From the NCBI GenBank assembly GCA_024654525.1, contig JANLHI010000013.1, positions 18,036 to 82,035 on the forward strand: a stretch of 64,000 nt of DNA, written 5' to 3'. Shown here piece by piece: positions 1 to 8,928 of this stretch; position 1 is the first letter of the stretch; the number at the start of each line of letters is the position of its first letter. A program made the position numbers and the translations under genes. The notes under the pieces are model-generated. The model had not been told where the DNA came from and searched no databases. It saw nothing but the letters and a program-made list of their open reading frames with translations. Source of the stretch: Patescibacteria group bacterium. Its GTDB lineage: Bacteria; Patescibacteriota; Minisyncoccia; UBA6257; 2-01-FULL-56-20.

Positions 1-98
1 AACACCATCACGCGCAACACGATTCTATCGTGCAGTTGCGCCTTGATTCGACACAAAAAACATGGAAGGTCTTGTCTGTGGTAGCAGATAAGACCTTT

Positions 99-383
99 TT
101 ATTTTAACCCTTTTCTCTTTCTGAAATATCCAACGAATGTGCCAATGAGTGAGCCGAGGAGGAACCAAATGATTGTTCCCGTAATAAGAAAGATTGTGGT
201 GTTGGCAATTTTGTAAGACCAAAATATAGGCCAAAGTGGTGCCCATGGAGCTGCTAAAAATATACAAATAAGACCGACAACAGATCCACAAAACTCAGTG
301 AGGGCAGCTGATAAAACCGCAACCCCTCCCCCTATCACCCCTCCCCTCAACCAATATGGCCACTTTTTCCAGTTTAAACGCAT
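99..383 (-). CDS. small membrane protein, hypothetical
   Basis: 94-aa ORF with 2-3 hydrophobic segments and a basic C-terminus, directly downstream of recA on the same strand. Confidence 0.6.
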   Translation of the reverse strand: MRLNWKKWPYWLRGGVIGGGVAVLSAALTEFCGSVVGLICIFLAAPWAPLWPIFWSYKIANTTIFLITGTIIWFLLGSLIGTFVGYFRKRKGLK

Positions 384-399
384 GGTGCGGGATGTTATT

Positions 400-1479
400 T
401 TATTCCGTTTCTTCCTTCCCTCCCCCCGAGGGCGTTCCTCCGGTTTTTTCGAATAAGAGAACTGCCTGCACGGTTTTTGATTTAATTGCGTTTAGAAGCT
501 TTTTATCTTCTTTGAGCTTAAGACGCACTGTTTCAAAACCCGTACCGAGACGTTCTCCTTCAAATGAATAACTTGCACCTGATTTGGTTGCGGTACCGTA
601 TTTTATTGCGGCGTTCAATACATCTGCTTCGTAAGAAATACCTTCGTTATACATAATATCGAACTCTGCGGTGCGGAAAGGAGGCGCTACTTTATTTTTG
701 ACTACTTTTGCTTTTACGCGACTACCCACCACCATTTCTCCTTTTTTTACCTGCGCAATGCGGCGAATATCGAGACGGACGGACGCCGCAAATTTGAGTG
801 CCATGCCTCCCGGCGTGGTTTCTGGGTTGCCGAACATCACGCCGATTTTCATGCGAAGTTGGTTGATGAAGATAACAAGAGTTTGCGTTTGATTCGCAAT
901 CGCGGTGAGTTTGCGAAGCGCTTGCGCCATCATGCGTGCTTGCCGTCCCACATGTTGCGCTCCCATTTCTCCTTCAAGTTCCGCGCGAGGGGTAAGTGCC
1001 GCAACCGAATCCACCACAATCACCGAGATAATTCCCGATCGCACCAGACTTTCCAGAATGTTAAGCGCTTCTTCGCCGTTATCCGGTTGGGAAATAAGAA
1101 GGTCATTTATTTTTACACCGAGCCGCGCGGCATACTCGGGGTCCATTGCATGTTCCGCATCAATAAAAGCAGTTTTCCCTCCTTGCTTTTGCGCTTGCGC
1201 CACCACGTTCAATGCGAGTGTAGTCTTTCCGCTTGATTCCGGTCCATAAATTTCGACAACGCGTCCACGGGGAAGACCTCCCACGCCAAGTGCGAGATCC
1301 AGAGAAAACGAGCCCGTAGGAATCACCGCGACGTCAACCTTGCGTGTTTCGCCAAGTTTCATAATCGCGCCATCGCCGAATTTATCGCGGAGCGTGGAAA
1401 TGAGGTTCTCGAGCTCGCCATTGCTTTCCTTCTCATTTTTCCCTTTCATTTCCTTCTTCTCTTTTGTTGCAGGTGTCAT
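400..1479 (-). CDS. recA: recombinase RecA
   Basis: GPESSGKTT Walker [35 protein letters not shown] and KNKVAPPF motifs. Confidence 0.99.
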   Translation of the reverse strand: MTPATKEKKEMKGKNEKESNGELENLISTLRDKFGDGAIMKLGETRKVDVAVIPTGSFSLDLALGVGGLPRGRVVEIYGPESSGKTTLALNVVAQAQKQGGKTAFIDAEHAMDPEYAARLGVKINDLLISQPDNGEEALNILESLVRSGIISVIVVDSVAALTPRAELEGEMGAQHVGRQARMMAQALRKLTAIANQTQTLVIFINQLRMKIGVMFGNPETTPGGMALKFAASVRLDIRRIAQVKKGEMVVGSRVKAKVVKNKVAPPFRTAEFDIMYNEGISYEADVLNAAIKYGTATKSGASYSFEGERLGTGFETVRLKLKEDKKLLNAIKSKTVQAVLLFEKTGGTPSGGGKEETE

Positions 1480-1486
1480 AACGATA

Positions 1487-1495
1487 ATTATATCA
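1487..1495 (-). promoter_or_regulatory. extended -10 (TGA-TATAAT) 7 nt upstream of recA ATG; leaderless promoter candidate
   Basis: minus strand reads tgatgtgaTATAATtatcgttATG. Confidence 0.6.
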
Positions 1496-1543
1496 CATCA
1501 AGGAAGAGGAAAAGGGCGGAAATTACCAATCAAAACACTATAC

Positions 1544-1572
1544 TTGACATAATGTCAAATATGATGTATAAT
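1544..1572 (+). promoter_or_regulatory. sigma70 promoter TTGACA-17-TATAAT with overlapping palindrome TTGACATAATGTCAA
   Basis: consensus hexamers at 1544-1549 and 1567-1572; palindrome at 1544-1558. Confidence 0.75.
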
Positions 1573-1615
1573 ATAGACACCGTTAGACTCGAACATTACC
1601 AATCAAAAAAAGCTT

Positions 1616-1825
1616 ATGAAAAACTTGATGCATACAATTCTCGCTCCCTCACCAACCTTTGCTTCCATCCTCTTTTACTTGCTGTGGACGTTTGCGGTTA
1701 CCGCTTTCATTACTTCGGCAAATGCGGAGTTTGGACTTTTGGAAAGACTGGTCTGTGGGGTAGTCGGTCTCTTCGCAGCCGTTGTGTTGGCAAGCGACGG
1801 GATGCGGCGCAGTTGTCAGCAATGA
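1616..1825 (+). CDS. small two-TM membrane protein, hypothetical
   Basis: 69-aa hydrophobic ORF between a consensus promoter and a terminator. Confidence 0.55.
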   Translation: MKNLMHTILAPSPTFASILFYLLWTFAVTAFITSANAEFGLLERLVCGVVGLFAAVVLASDGMRRSCQQ

Positions 1826-1840
1826 GGAATGAATCAATCA

Positions 1841-1874
1841 AAAAAAGGCGACTCACATAACGAGTCGCTTTTTT
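1841..1874. terminator. intrinsic terminator, likely bidirectional
   Basis: AAAAAAGGCGACTC-acataac-GAGTCGCTTTTTT. Confidence 0.75.
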
Positions 1875-1921
1875 CATTTTTTTAATGCGTCGGGGGCAAT
1901 GGATATGATATACTTTTATTA

Positions 1922-2746
1922 ATGGTGAAGAACGTATTTTTTTGGCGAAATATAATTTTTCTTCTTGGTGTCGTGTTTGCGGTGGCGATAGTTTCTACTT
2001 CTTATGGTAAAGGAGGTCTTGTCAATGATCCTCCCTCGGTACATCGAAAACAAGTTGTCCAAAATCCCATGGGAGGCACAAGTACTCCCACGCAAACGCA
2101 GATCAGTAGCGCAAGTTGTCCCGATGGTTCCGTGATGGTGGGATTTAACCTGGAAAATATGGGAAGTAATTTTTCTCAGTTTGGAGATGTGTATTGCCAT
2201 CCTGTAGTGAGTGGCATAACTCTTGGAGAGGTAACCACATGGCGCAAAACCACTGTGGAAAATCCGTGGGGTGGAGATGATTTATCCACTACGCAGTTAA
2301 AGGTTGACGATGCAAGTTGTCCTAGTGGTTCTGTCATAGTGGGTTTTAGTTTGGATAATTTGGGAAGTAATTATTCGCGACAGGCATCGCTTTATTGCCG
2401 TGATGTGAAAGCAGGATCTTCAGAAAAATATTCAAGAACAGTCGCGGAAAATCCATGGGGAGGAACTACGTCGCCGACCAATGAGCAAATAACAAGTGCA
2501 AGTTGTCCTGAAGGATATGCGATTGGCGGTTTTAATCTTATCAACATGGGAAGTAATTACTCAAAGAGTAATGTCCTTTATTGTCGTTCGGTGCCTGGCG
2601 TAATATCGGTAACACCTCCGTCATCCAAAGCGCACACGCCCAAAGTAGATTTTTATATTAGCGCAACAGGAAGCTGTGATAGCAAAGCGAAAACTGCGGA
2701 AATACAAAAAGGCGCCACCGCAAAACTTTGTTGGGATGCAAAATAA
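1922..2746 (+). CDS. secreted protein with three tandem ~55-aa Cys-containing repeats (beta-prism/lectin-like candidate)
   Basis: N-terminal signal/TM; 3x NP(W/M)GG...ASCPxG..xGFxLxNxGSNxS...YC. Confidence 0.75.
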   Translation: MVKNVFFWRNIIFLLGVVFAVAIVSTSYGKGGLVNDPPSVHRKQVVQNPMGGTSTPTQTQISSASCPDGSVMVGFNLENMGSNFSQFGDVYCHPVVSGITLGEVTTWRKTTVENPWGGDDLSTTQLKVDDASCPSGSVIVGFSLDNLGSNYSRQASLYCRDVKAGSSEKYSRTVAENPWGGTTSPTNEQITSASCPEGYAIGGFNLINMGSNYSKSNVLYCRSVPGVISVTPPSSKAHTPKVDFYISATGSCDSKAKTAEIQKGATAKLCWDAK

Positions 2747-2758
2747 AAACGTACACGC

Positions 2759-4543
2759 ATGAGAATAAGCACACACATAAAATTAATCGCATCTCTCGCG
2801 GTGCTTGGTGTGGTGGCGATGATTGTATCTTCTCCTCAAAGCCACGCAGAACAAAATGTGATAATGGATACGCCGGGAAATTATATATGGACGGTTCCCG
2901 AGGGCATCACCAATATAAAAGTAAAAGTGTGGGGTGCGGGGGGAGCCGGAGGAACAGGGTATCAGGGCGATAACAAATATCTTCGCGGTGCCGGCGGTGG
3001 CGGGGGAGGCGGAGGATATGCGGAAGCAACTCTCGAGGTTACCCCCGGCGCAACATATTCCATCATCGTGGGGGAAGGAGGTATTTCGGAAATAGGGAAA
3101 TCAATTCTTATAAAAACAGAAGGAGCAGGCAACAGTGAATTTGGCACGGTGTGGCAGGGACAATCCTATGCGGTAGGTGCGGGTGGTGGCGGCAGTGGAG
3201 CCACGCCGCAGATAGGGACGGTCAATACGGGTTCCTTTCCGGTAAGTGTTCCCGGTCTTGGCTATGGTGGTGTGGCATACGCGCCGGGCGCGGGAAATGG
3301 AGGAAATGCATCGGGCGGAGGAGGCGGAGGATCGGGATATTTTATCGGGTGGGCTCAAGACCAAATTAGTGGTGTTTCAAAAACTGGGGAGCAAGGGAAA
3401 GATGCAATTGCGAGTGCGGCAGGAAAGGGTGGCGACGGCGCAGAAGGTGGCGCAGGGGGCATTGCCGGGAAGGGTGCGGGGGACGCAAGAAATGGAGAGC
3501 TTCCCGGAGGAGGCGGAGGAGGTTCATGGTCGGGTATTACAGACTATAAAAATCAAAAATATGTTCCTGCGGCGAATGGCGCACACGGAAAAGTGGAAAT
3601 TGAGGTACTCTCCGCAGAAGAAGGGATTGCATGTCGTCCCGCAATTGGTTCGGAGTCAGGAGAGTTTCAAGGAAATTTAAATAAAGAAGGGAATGCAACT
3701 ACTGCGCCGCTCAACGCAAGTCAAACATTTACTATTGAGTGTTGGAATACTGCAAATCCCGCAGGAACCAAGGTAACCGAAACGGTAACCGCAACAGTTG
3801 CAATGCCTCCTCCGGAAGAAGTAGTAGCAGTAGTGTCTACCCCTTCAGAAAATCCGTGGGACGGATGGATAAAATTGTCGGGGACGACGAAAGATGGTAA
3901 CTCGTACGGTGTACGGTATGATCCCGAAACCACCCGTTTCTGCGGCTACGCGTGGGGCGGTGAGGTGGTGGGATGGGTGGAATTCGGACCGTTGCCGACA
4001 AGCCAGAGTCCGAAGCAAGAGGAGGGATGTGATCGCACGCCGGTGAAATATGATTGGGTGAGGCTGGGGAATACGATGCCAGTAATGAAACCAGTGGTGA
4101 ATGGAAAGCAGGATCCGCCATATATGATTGATGTTGATAAACAAAAGTTACCTTTCGACATTCAGCCCTATGACGGCCTCCGCACGAGCGAAGCTCCCTA
4201 CCAACTTACCGGCTGGGCATGGTCATCAAATATAGGGTGGATTAGTTTTTCGAATGAAAATCACGCGGGAAGCGTGAACTATGGTGTAAGTATGGAGGTG
4301 AAGGGACCTGATGTTGATAAAGCGTCAGGGCGCGCGCTCACCGGCTGGGCGTGGAGTCCGAACATAGGGTGGGTGAAGTTTGACGAGTCACTAAAAGTGA
4401 GAAGCGAAAGCTATCCAGAAGCTCCTGAAAATGGAGGAGTTCTTAATATCAAAAAAAGTATTCTTGAAGGATGGGCACGTGTGTGCTCGGCAACTGTGAA
4501 TGGAGATTGCGCAAATACTACTGGAGAGTATAGAGGAAATTAA
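2759..4543 (+). CDS. secreted surface protein: glycine-rich domain plus CPR-type GWAWSxNIGW repeats
   Basis: signal peptide; WTVPEGITNIKVKVWGAGGAGG glycine-rich module; GYAWGGEVVGW, GWAWSSNIGWISF, GWAWSPNIGWVKF, GWARVCS. Confidence 0.8.
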   Translation: MRISTHIKLIASLAVLGVVAMIVSSPQSHAEQNVIMDTPGNYIWTVPEGITNIKVKVWGAGGAGGTGYQGDNKYLRGAGGGGGGGGYAEATLEVTPGATYSIIVGEGGISEIGKSILIKTEGAGNSEFGTVWQGQSYAVGAGGGGSGATPQIGTVNTGSFPVSVPGLGYGGVAYAPGAGNGGNASGGGGGGSGYFIGWAQDQISGVSKTGEQGKDAIASAAGKGGDGAEGGAGGIAGKGAGDARNGELPGGGGGGSWSGITDYKNQKYVPAANGAHGKVEIEVLSAEEGIACRPAIGSESGEFQGNLNKEGNATTAPLNASQTFTIECWNTANPAGTKVTETVTATVAMPPPEEVVAVVSTPSENPWDGWIKLSGTTKDGNSYGVRYDPETTRFCGYAWGGEVVGWVEFGPLPTSQSPKQEEGCDRTPVKYDWVRLGNTMPVMKPVVNGKQDPPYMIDVDKQKLPFDIQPYDGLRTSEAPYQLTGWAWSSNIGWISFSNENHAGSVNYGVSMEVKGPDVDKASGRALTGWAWSPNIGWVKFDESLKVRSESYPEAPENGGVLNIKKSILEGWARVCSATVNGDCANTTGEYRGN

Positions 4544-4633
4544 AATAGTATTGACTAGAAATTTAAAGACCCTTGCATGAAGCTTGGGTCTTTATTTGTT
4601 GGGTTGCGTGAAAAATTTGAAACAGATGCAACC

Positions 4634-5761
4634 TTATCTGTTATATCTTGTTCGGAAGAAACTGAGAGGTTTGAGAGCACCATGTACTCCGAGAGTGCCA
4701 CTCTCAACATTAGCATTTGGTCCGAGTGGGACTGACTGCCAGTGTATGAGGTCTTGCGATTGCTCGAATACGACCTCATCTCCTGCTTCTCCTGAAACAA
4801 AGATCTCCGCTGCTGGGTTTTTTCCGTCCCACAGCTGCGGTGTCCATCGGATGGCGGTGATAAGCGGCTCCCTCTCCTCTTGCTCTCCCATGAGCCGTGT
4901 TCCCGTGCGCGCGTCGTACCGTGCTATGATGCCAGTTAAGTTCACGTCATCCCAAAACTCAAGAGTGAGAATCCCGAGGGATTGTTCAAAGATGGGTTTT
5001 GCGGGAAGAGCGAGTACTCCCGCGCCGCTGACGAACACACTGTAAGGCGAGCCTTCAAACTCTGATTTTTTTCCGACGTTGGCCAGCCTAACATTTCGGT
5101 AAGAATAGCCAGGGTTGGAGTCAATGAACTCCGTTCCAGTCCACCATCGAAGGCGAGCGCGTTGGAGTCCGGGGTAACGTACGAATACGCTATTTACGAA
5201 CCCCAGCGAAATATCGCCGAGTACCCATGCTGGAGGAGACCACGTGCCGTCGGTGCCTTGTATAAGTTTGAAGGAGTCCACATTATACCGGAACGCCTGG
5301 TATCCCGTGATCTCGTTTCCCCAATTCACACCGAACCCATAGTCGGCTTTGGGATGCGCCGCGAAGAAAGAGGGTAAGGCAAGGAAGACAGAAAGAATTC
5401 CTTGTTTTACTTCTTCTCCTCTGAAATGAGCGGCGATGAGTTTTCTGGGGAATTCAATCGCTTCCGATTCGCTCCAGTCGCTATCAGCGTTGATCTCAAC
5501 TTCAAACGATAAGTCACGTCCGAACATCCCGACAAGGTCGTATGATATTCCATCTATATCGGTACAACCAAACCCCCACCCCACACTCTTTACCAGCTTC
5601 GCCCCCTCCTTACGAAAGAAAGATTTCCCCTCTTTTCCTACCTTCAGGATTTCGGGAATTTTGGGTTTTTCGAATGTGATTGGTGTGCCGGACGCGAAAG
5701 CCCCGACCAGCGCGTAGGCGAAGAAAAGAATGGCGGTGAATCCGCCAGTCAGAGTTTTCAT
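4634..5761 (-). CDS. secreted hypothetical protein with Verrucomicrobia-style C-terminal SxDLxxW...FFR tail
   Basis: signal peptide MKTLTGGFTAILFFAYALVGAFA; C-terminus FEQSQDLIHWQSV...SFFRTRYNR. Confidence 0.7.
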   Translation of the reverse strand: MKTLTGGFTAILFFAYALVGAFASGTPITFEKPKIPEILKVGKEGKSFFRKEGAKLVKSVGWGFGCTDIDGISYDLVGMFGRDLSFEVEINADSDWSESEAIEFPRKLIAAHFRGEEVKQGILSVFLALPSFFAAHPKADYGFGVNWGNEITGYQAFRYNVDSFKLIQGTDGTWSPPAWVLGDISLGFVNSVFVRYPGLQRARLRWWTGTEFIDSNPGYSYRNVRLANVGKKSEFEGSPYSVFVSGAGVLALPAKPIFEQSLGILTLEFWDDVNLTGIIARYDARTGTRLMGEQEEREPLITAIRWTPQLWDGKNPAAEIFVSGEAGDEVVFEQSQDLIHWQSVPLGPNANVESGTLGVHGALKPLSFFRTRYNR

Positions 5762-6014
5762 TGTAAAATCCTTTCGAATCTATCATTGCAGTCCTTTGCA
5801 GGCACAAGTTTTTTGCCCTTTCATCCGAGAGAACACTTATGCCAATTTACATTGAACTAACCCCAGTATAGCACATAAAATAGGAAAAAGTCAATCCATG
5901 ATTAGACATTGCGGCGTATGGGTTGGAGAGGCGGAAGTACACAGATTGTGCACAGTATAGTCATTAGGACTCAGAGGACGATGATTGATGTTTCGGGCGT
6001 TCCTGTGGTAGGAT

Positions 6015-6227
6015 GTGAACATGGCAACCGTTACGATCCCGAAACAAATAACTAAGGGCGAAGAGTTGGTGGTGCTTACCCGAAAAGAGTATGAGAAGTT
6101 TCTTGATGCGACAGTTCGAGAAAAAGAGGTCAGTGCCGCCGACATGTTGCGATGGTCACGGGAAGCGAAACAACTAAAGAAGCAAGGCAAGCTGCCGGTT
6201 CTCCGTTCCCTTAAGGATTTGCGGTGA
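6015..6227 (+). CDS. putative type II antitoxin
   Basis: 70-aa ORF (TIPK...EELVVLTRKEYE...LRSLKDLR) immediately upstream of a RelE-like toxin. Confidence 0.7.
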   Translation: MNMATVTIPKQITKGEELVVLTRKEYEKFLDATVREKEVSAADMLRWSREAKQLKKQGKLPVLRSLKDLR

Positions 6228-6233
6228 GTGAAT

Positions 6234-6488
6234 ATGAAAATCTACTATCACCCACGGTTTGCGAAATCATATCGTAAGTTGCCGTCGCTTTTGCGCGCGA
6301 AAGCAGAAGCGCGAGAAGCGATATTCAGGAAGAATTCCTTTGACCCGCGACTTGATACGCACAAACTCCACGGCAAACTCAAGCGTCAGTGGAGTTTTTC
6401 TATTGGTTGGAAATATCGCATCCTCTTCGAGTTTGTGGATGATGGTGTTATTTTCCTTGATGTTGATGATCACGAAATTTATGCATAG
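6234..6488 (+). CDS. RelE/YafQ-like mRNA interferase toxin
   Basis: MKIYYHPRFAKSYRKL...LDTHKLHGKL...WSFSI..KYRILFEF...FLDVDDHEIY. Confidence 0.85.
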   Translation: MKIYYHPRFAKSYRKLPSLLRAKAEAREAIFRKNSFDPRLDTHKLHGKLKRQWSFSIGWKYRILFEFVDDGVIFLDVDDHEIYA

Positions 6489-6530
6489 TGACAGGAAATG
6501 TAAGGGGACATCCGCCTTCGGCGGGACGCA

Positions 6531-6670
6531 GTCCGCTACGACCCCGAAACCACGCGTTTCTGCAGCTATGCATGGGGTGGTGAAATAGTAGGATGGATTA
6601 AATTCGGACCATTGCCGACAAGTCAGAGTCCCAAATAAGAGGAGGGATGCGACCGAACGCCTTCCAAATA
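6531..6670 (+). pseudogene. 140-bp remnant of a paralog of the 2759..4543 gene (copy of 3911..4050) with an in-frame stop
   Basis: ungapped alignment VRYDPETTRFC(G/S)YAWGGE(V/I)VGW...; CAA>TAA; mostly synonymous differences. Confidence 0.85.
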
Positions 6671-6805
6671 AAGTTCCGTCGCCTCCTTAATGTTTTCAGC
6701 AAGCTTATCAAATGTTTTCGCTTGCGTAACAATGGGGACATCGACCCCCTGCGCGATGTAGTGAATATCTCCTTTTGAGATGGAAAATTGAAGAATGTGT
6801 TTCAT
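6623..6805 (-). CDS. HicB-like antitoxin, probably C-terminally truncated
   Basis: IVTQAKTFDKLAENIKEATELYLEG motif; last ~12 codons read through the antisense of the 6531..6670 remnant; no HicA partner seen. Confidence 0.6.
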   Translation of the reverse strand: MKHILQFSISKGDIHYIAQGVDVPIVTQAKTFDKLAENIKEATELYLEGVRSHPSSYLGL

Positions 6806-6912
6806 GGTACTTTGATTATATTACAGTTATAACATCTGTATATATCAAAGCTTGTCCAGCTTTTGTTTCAATTTCGATGCTGGAGCAACATGGGCAATGA
6901 GAACCACCGCAT

Positions 6913-7365
6913 TTACCCGCGTATCTTTTTCGCGAGTTCGGCAAGGCGGGAATCGTCCGCGCGGGCGCCATCGTGCGATGAAATATATCCCTCGTATTGC
7001 TCAAAATATTTATTAGAGATGTTGGATTTGATGGGTTTCCAGTCCTTCATTTTTGTGCCGTGCATCGGGAAGAGTTTTGCATGAAGATGATCTACGGCAA
7101 ATCCTTCGAAGATGAGTCCTGTTCTGCCGACGTCGTCAAGCTTCGCATCAAGGAGTTTTGCCACTTTTTTCGCGGCAAGAATAAGCGATGTGAGTACGTC
7201 ATCGGGAACGTCAAAGGCATAGCTCGGATAGTGAGTTTTTGGAATTACCACAGAAAACCCCTCGGTGTTTGGAAAAATAGTGAGGAATGCAAGGTGTGTA
7301 GCATCTTCCCAAATTGTGTGCGATGGTAATTTTTTAGAAACGATATCGCAAAAGAGGCAGGACAT
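6913..7365 (-). CDS. HIT family (diadenosine tetraphosphate hydrolase-like) protein
   Basis: CLFCDI, VIPKTH, VDHLHAKLFP variant HIT motif. Confidence 0.9.
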   Translation of the reverse strand: MSCLFCDIVSKKLPSHTIWEDATHLAFLTIFPNTEGFSVVIPKTHYPSYAFDVPDDVLTSLILAAKKVAKLLDAKLDDVGRTGLIFEGFAVDHLHAKLFPMHGTKMKDWKPIKSNISNKYFEQYEGYISSHDGARADDSRLAELAKKIRG

Positions 7366-7451
7366 AGTAAATATAAGAATAGTATACGTGTAGAGACAAC
7401 GGGGGACAACTCCCCCTTTTTGAGGGAAAGAATGTGATATAATTACTACAA

Positions 7452-8003
7452 ATGAGAAGGAATTTTATGAATAGATTTGATATTTCCAAAAAAATAAAAT
7501 TAAGTAAGCATGTTCGGTGGATTGGAGGTGGAATACTTATGGCGTGTGCCGTAGTGGTATTCGCAGTGATGAATTTTCAATATGAGGCGCAAGCGCAGAG
7601 TGCGATTGCAAATAGCGGAAGGCAAGTGAGATATCCGTTTGGGACTTCGAAAGTAACCCTCAATTGGGCGACATGGGGGAGCGGTGAGTTCGCTCGCGCA
7701 TTCCGAAAGTGCAGGGTAACCGTGAATGCTACGGATTCAAAAAACAAAGGAGGAGTTGCCACGTCAACATTATGCAATACCGATCCAGAGGGGTTTCCGG
7801 TGTCGGTGACTAATGGAGCTGAATACAAAGCAACAATCAATGTAGAATCAATAATCCCGGGAGCGGTCAGTGTGGGGGGCGCACCGCTTGTCACGAATGA
7901 TAATATTGCCTTTATTATTGATGATAAGCCCGAGGGTGCGACGTCAACGCCCGCGTTACCAAAGCCACCGGAACGTCCCGCGCCGAACTATAGAGAGCTT
8001 TAG
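7452..8003 (+). CDS. secreted/membrane-anchored hypothetical protein
   Basis: N-terminal TM, beta-rich body, Pro-rich tail; extended -10 at 7435-7443. Confidence 0.65.
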   Translation: MRRNFMNRFDISKKIKLSKHVRWIGGGILMACAVVVFAVMNFQYEAQAQSAIANSGRQVRYPFGTSKVTLNWATWGSGEFARAFRKCRVTVNATDSKNKGGVATSTLCNTDPEGFPVSVTNGAEYKATINVESIIPGAVSVGGAPLVTNDNIAFIIDDKPEGATSTPALPKPPERPAPNYREL

Positions 8004-8044
8004 AAAGTTGAAGGATAGAAAAATAGAATATAATAAAAATATCA

Positions 8045-8311
8045 ATGGAGAACGAGACGCAGAACAATGTAATCAAGCAGAACACATGGGTGATTATTGG
8101 TGTTGCAGTATTCATTGTAATCGTGGCAGGGGTGAGTCTCCGTTCATTTTTTAATCGTCCGCAAGAAGAAACAATACCGGGTCTTACCGCGGGACAAGTG
8201 GCAACACTCAACGCGCTTGCGGCTCGGGCGGAAGCGAAAAAAGTTCACGCAGGAAAATTGCCGACATTGACACAATCGCAATCGCAAACGCTTAACGATC
8301 TTTCAAATTAA
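8045..8311 (+). CDS. small single-TM hypothetical protein
   Basis: 88 aa with one TM, co-oriented in the surface-protein run. Confidence 0.65.
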   Translation: MENETQNNVIKQNTWVIIGVAVFIVIVAGVSLRSFFNRPQEETIPGLTAGQVATLNALAARAEAKKVHAGKLPTLTQSQSQTLNDLSN

Positions 8312-8314
8312 TTA

Positions 8315-8905
8315 ATGAAAAAAGAAAAAAACAATATTGCATTTCTTGTGGTAGCGGTGGTCGCGCTTTTTGCGGGGTGGAATACATCGTCTCTTTTTGC
8401 ATGGGATAAGCCGACATTGCCACCAACAAGCGGAAATACTTCCGCACCTATTCACGAGGGATCGTTGGTGCAAGCCAAGTCGGGGAAGTTGATTGTAGGA
8501 GGTCTTGGAATTCATTCGTGGCAATTTATTCCTTCGAGCGATTGCCTTTCTCTTGGTGGTGCGCAAGCGTGGTCGCGAACGGGTGTATCTGTCGGATCGG
8601 GAACATGCCCCGCGGCGGGTACCGCATTTTCCGTTGAAGGAGGCCTCCTTATTGAAGGAGGAGATATGGGGGATGTACTTACCAACGTCGGCGATGGCGT
8701 GGTGCAGTGGAAAAAGTTTGTTGCACCGATTGTGAAAATCATCGCAGGTTCGAACACGCGCATCACTCCCGAAGCGGGTACCGGGGATGTGACAATAAAT
8801 GCCATTATGCCCTCAATGCCTTCGGTTCCAAGCTGGGTTACTAATCGTTCGGGGGGGGTTCCTCATGCAGACGCACAAGGGAATGTATCATGGGGATCAT
8901 TATAA
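8315..8905 (+). CDS. secreted fibre-like protein (PTxxPPxGNxxAP family), paralog 1
   Basis: signal peptide; WDKPTLPPTSGNTSAPIHEGSLVQAKSGKL; GDVLTNVGDGVVQW. Confidence 0.75.
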   Translation: MKKEKNNIAFLVVAVVALFAGWNTSSLFAWDKPTLPPTSGNTSAPIHEGSLVQAKSGKLIVGGLGIHSWQFIPSSDCLSLGGAQAWSRTGVSVGSGTCPAAGTAFSVEGGLLIEGGDMGDVLTNVGDGVVQWKKFVAPIVKIIAGSNTRITPEAGTGDVTINAIMPSMPSVPSWVTNRSGGVPHADAQGNVSWGSL

Positions 8906-8928
8906 AAAATGATATACTATAACTATTC

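Noticed and set aside
859-1249. Long antisense or alternate-frame ORFs over recA (likewise over clpB, the pil genes, the S-layer gene and ligA)
   Set aside because: Shadow ORFs of well-supported genes with no recognisable motifs.
5775-5835. c-di-GMP-I riboswitch in the leader of 4634..5761 (minus strand AAAGGGCAAA...GCAAAG)
   Set aside because: The GNRA-capped P2 hairpin between the motifs and P3 are missing.
3911-6670. Diversity-generating retroelement VR/TR pair (3911-4050 vs 6531-6670)
   Set aside because: About half the mismatches are not at adenines, most are synonymous, the segment is internal rather than C-terminal, and no reverse transcriptase is present.
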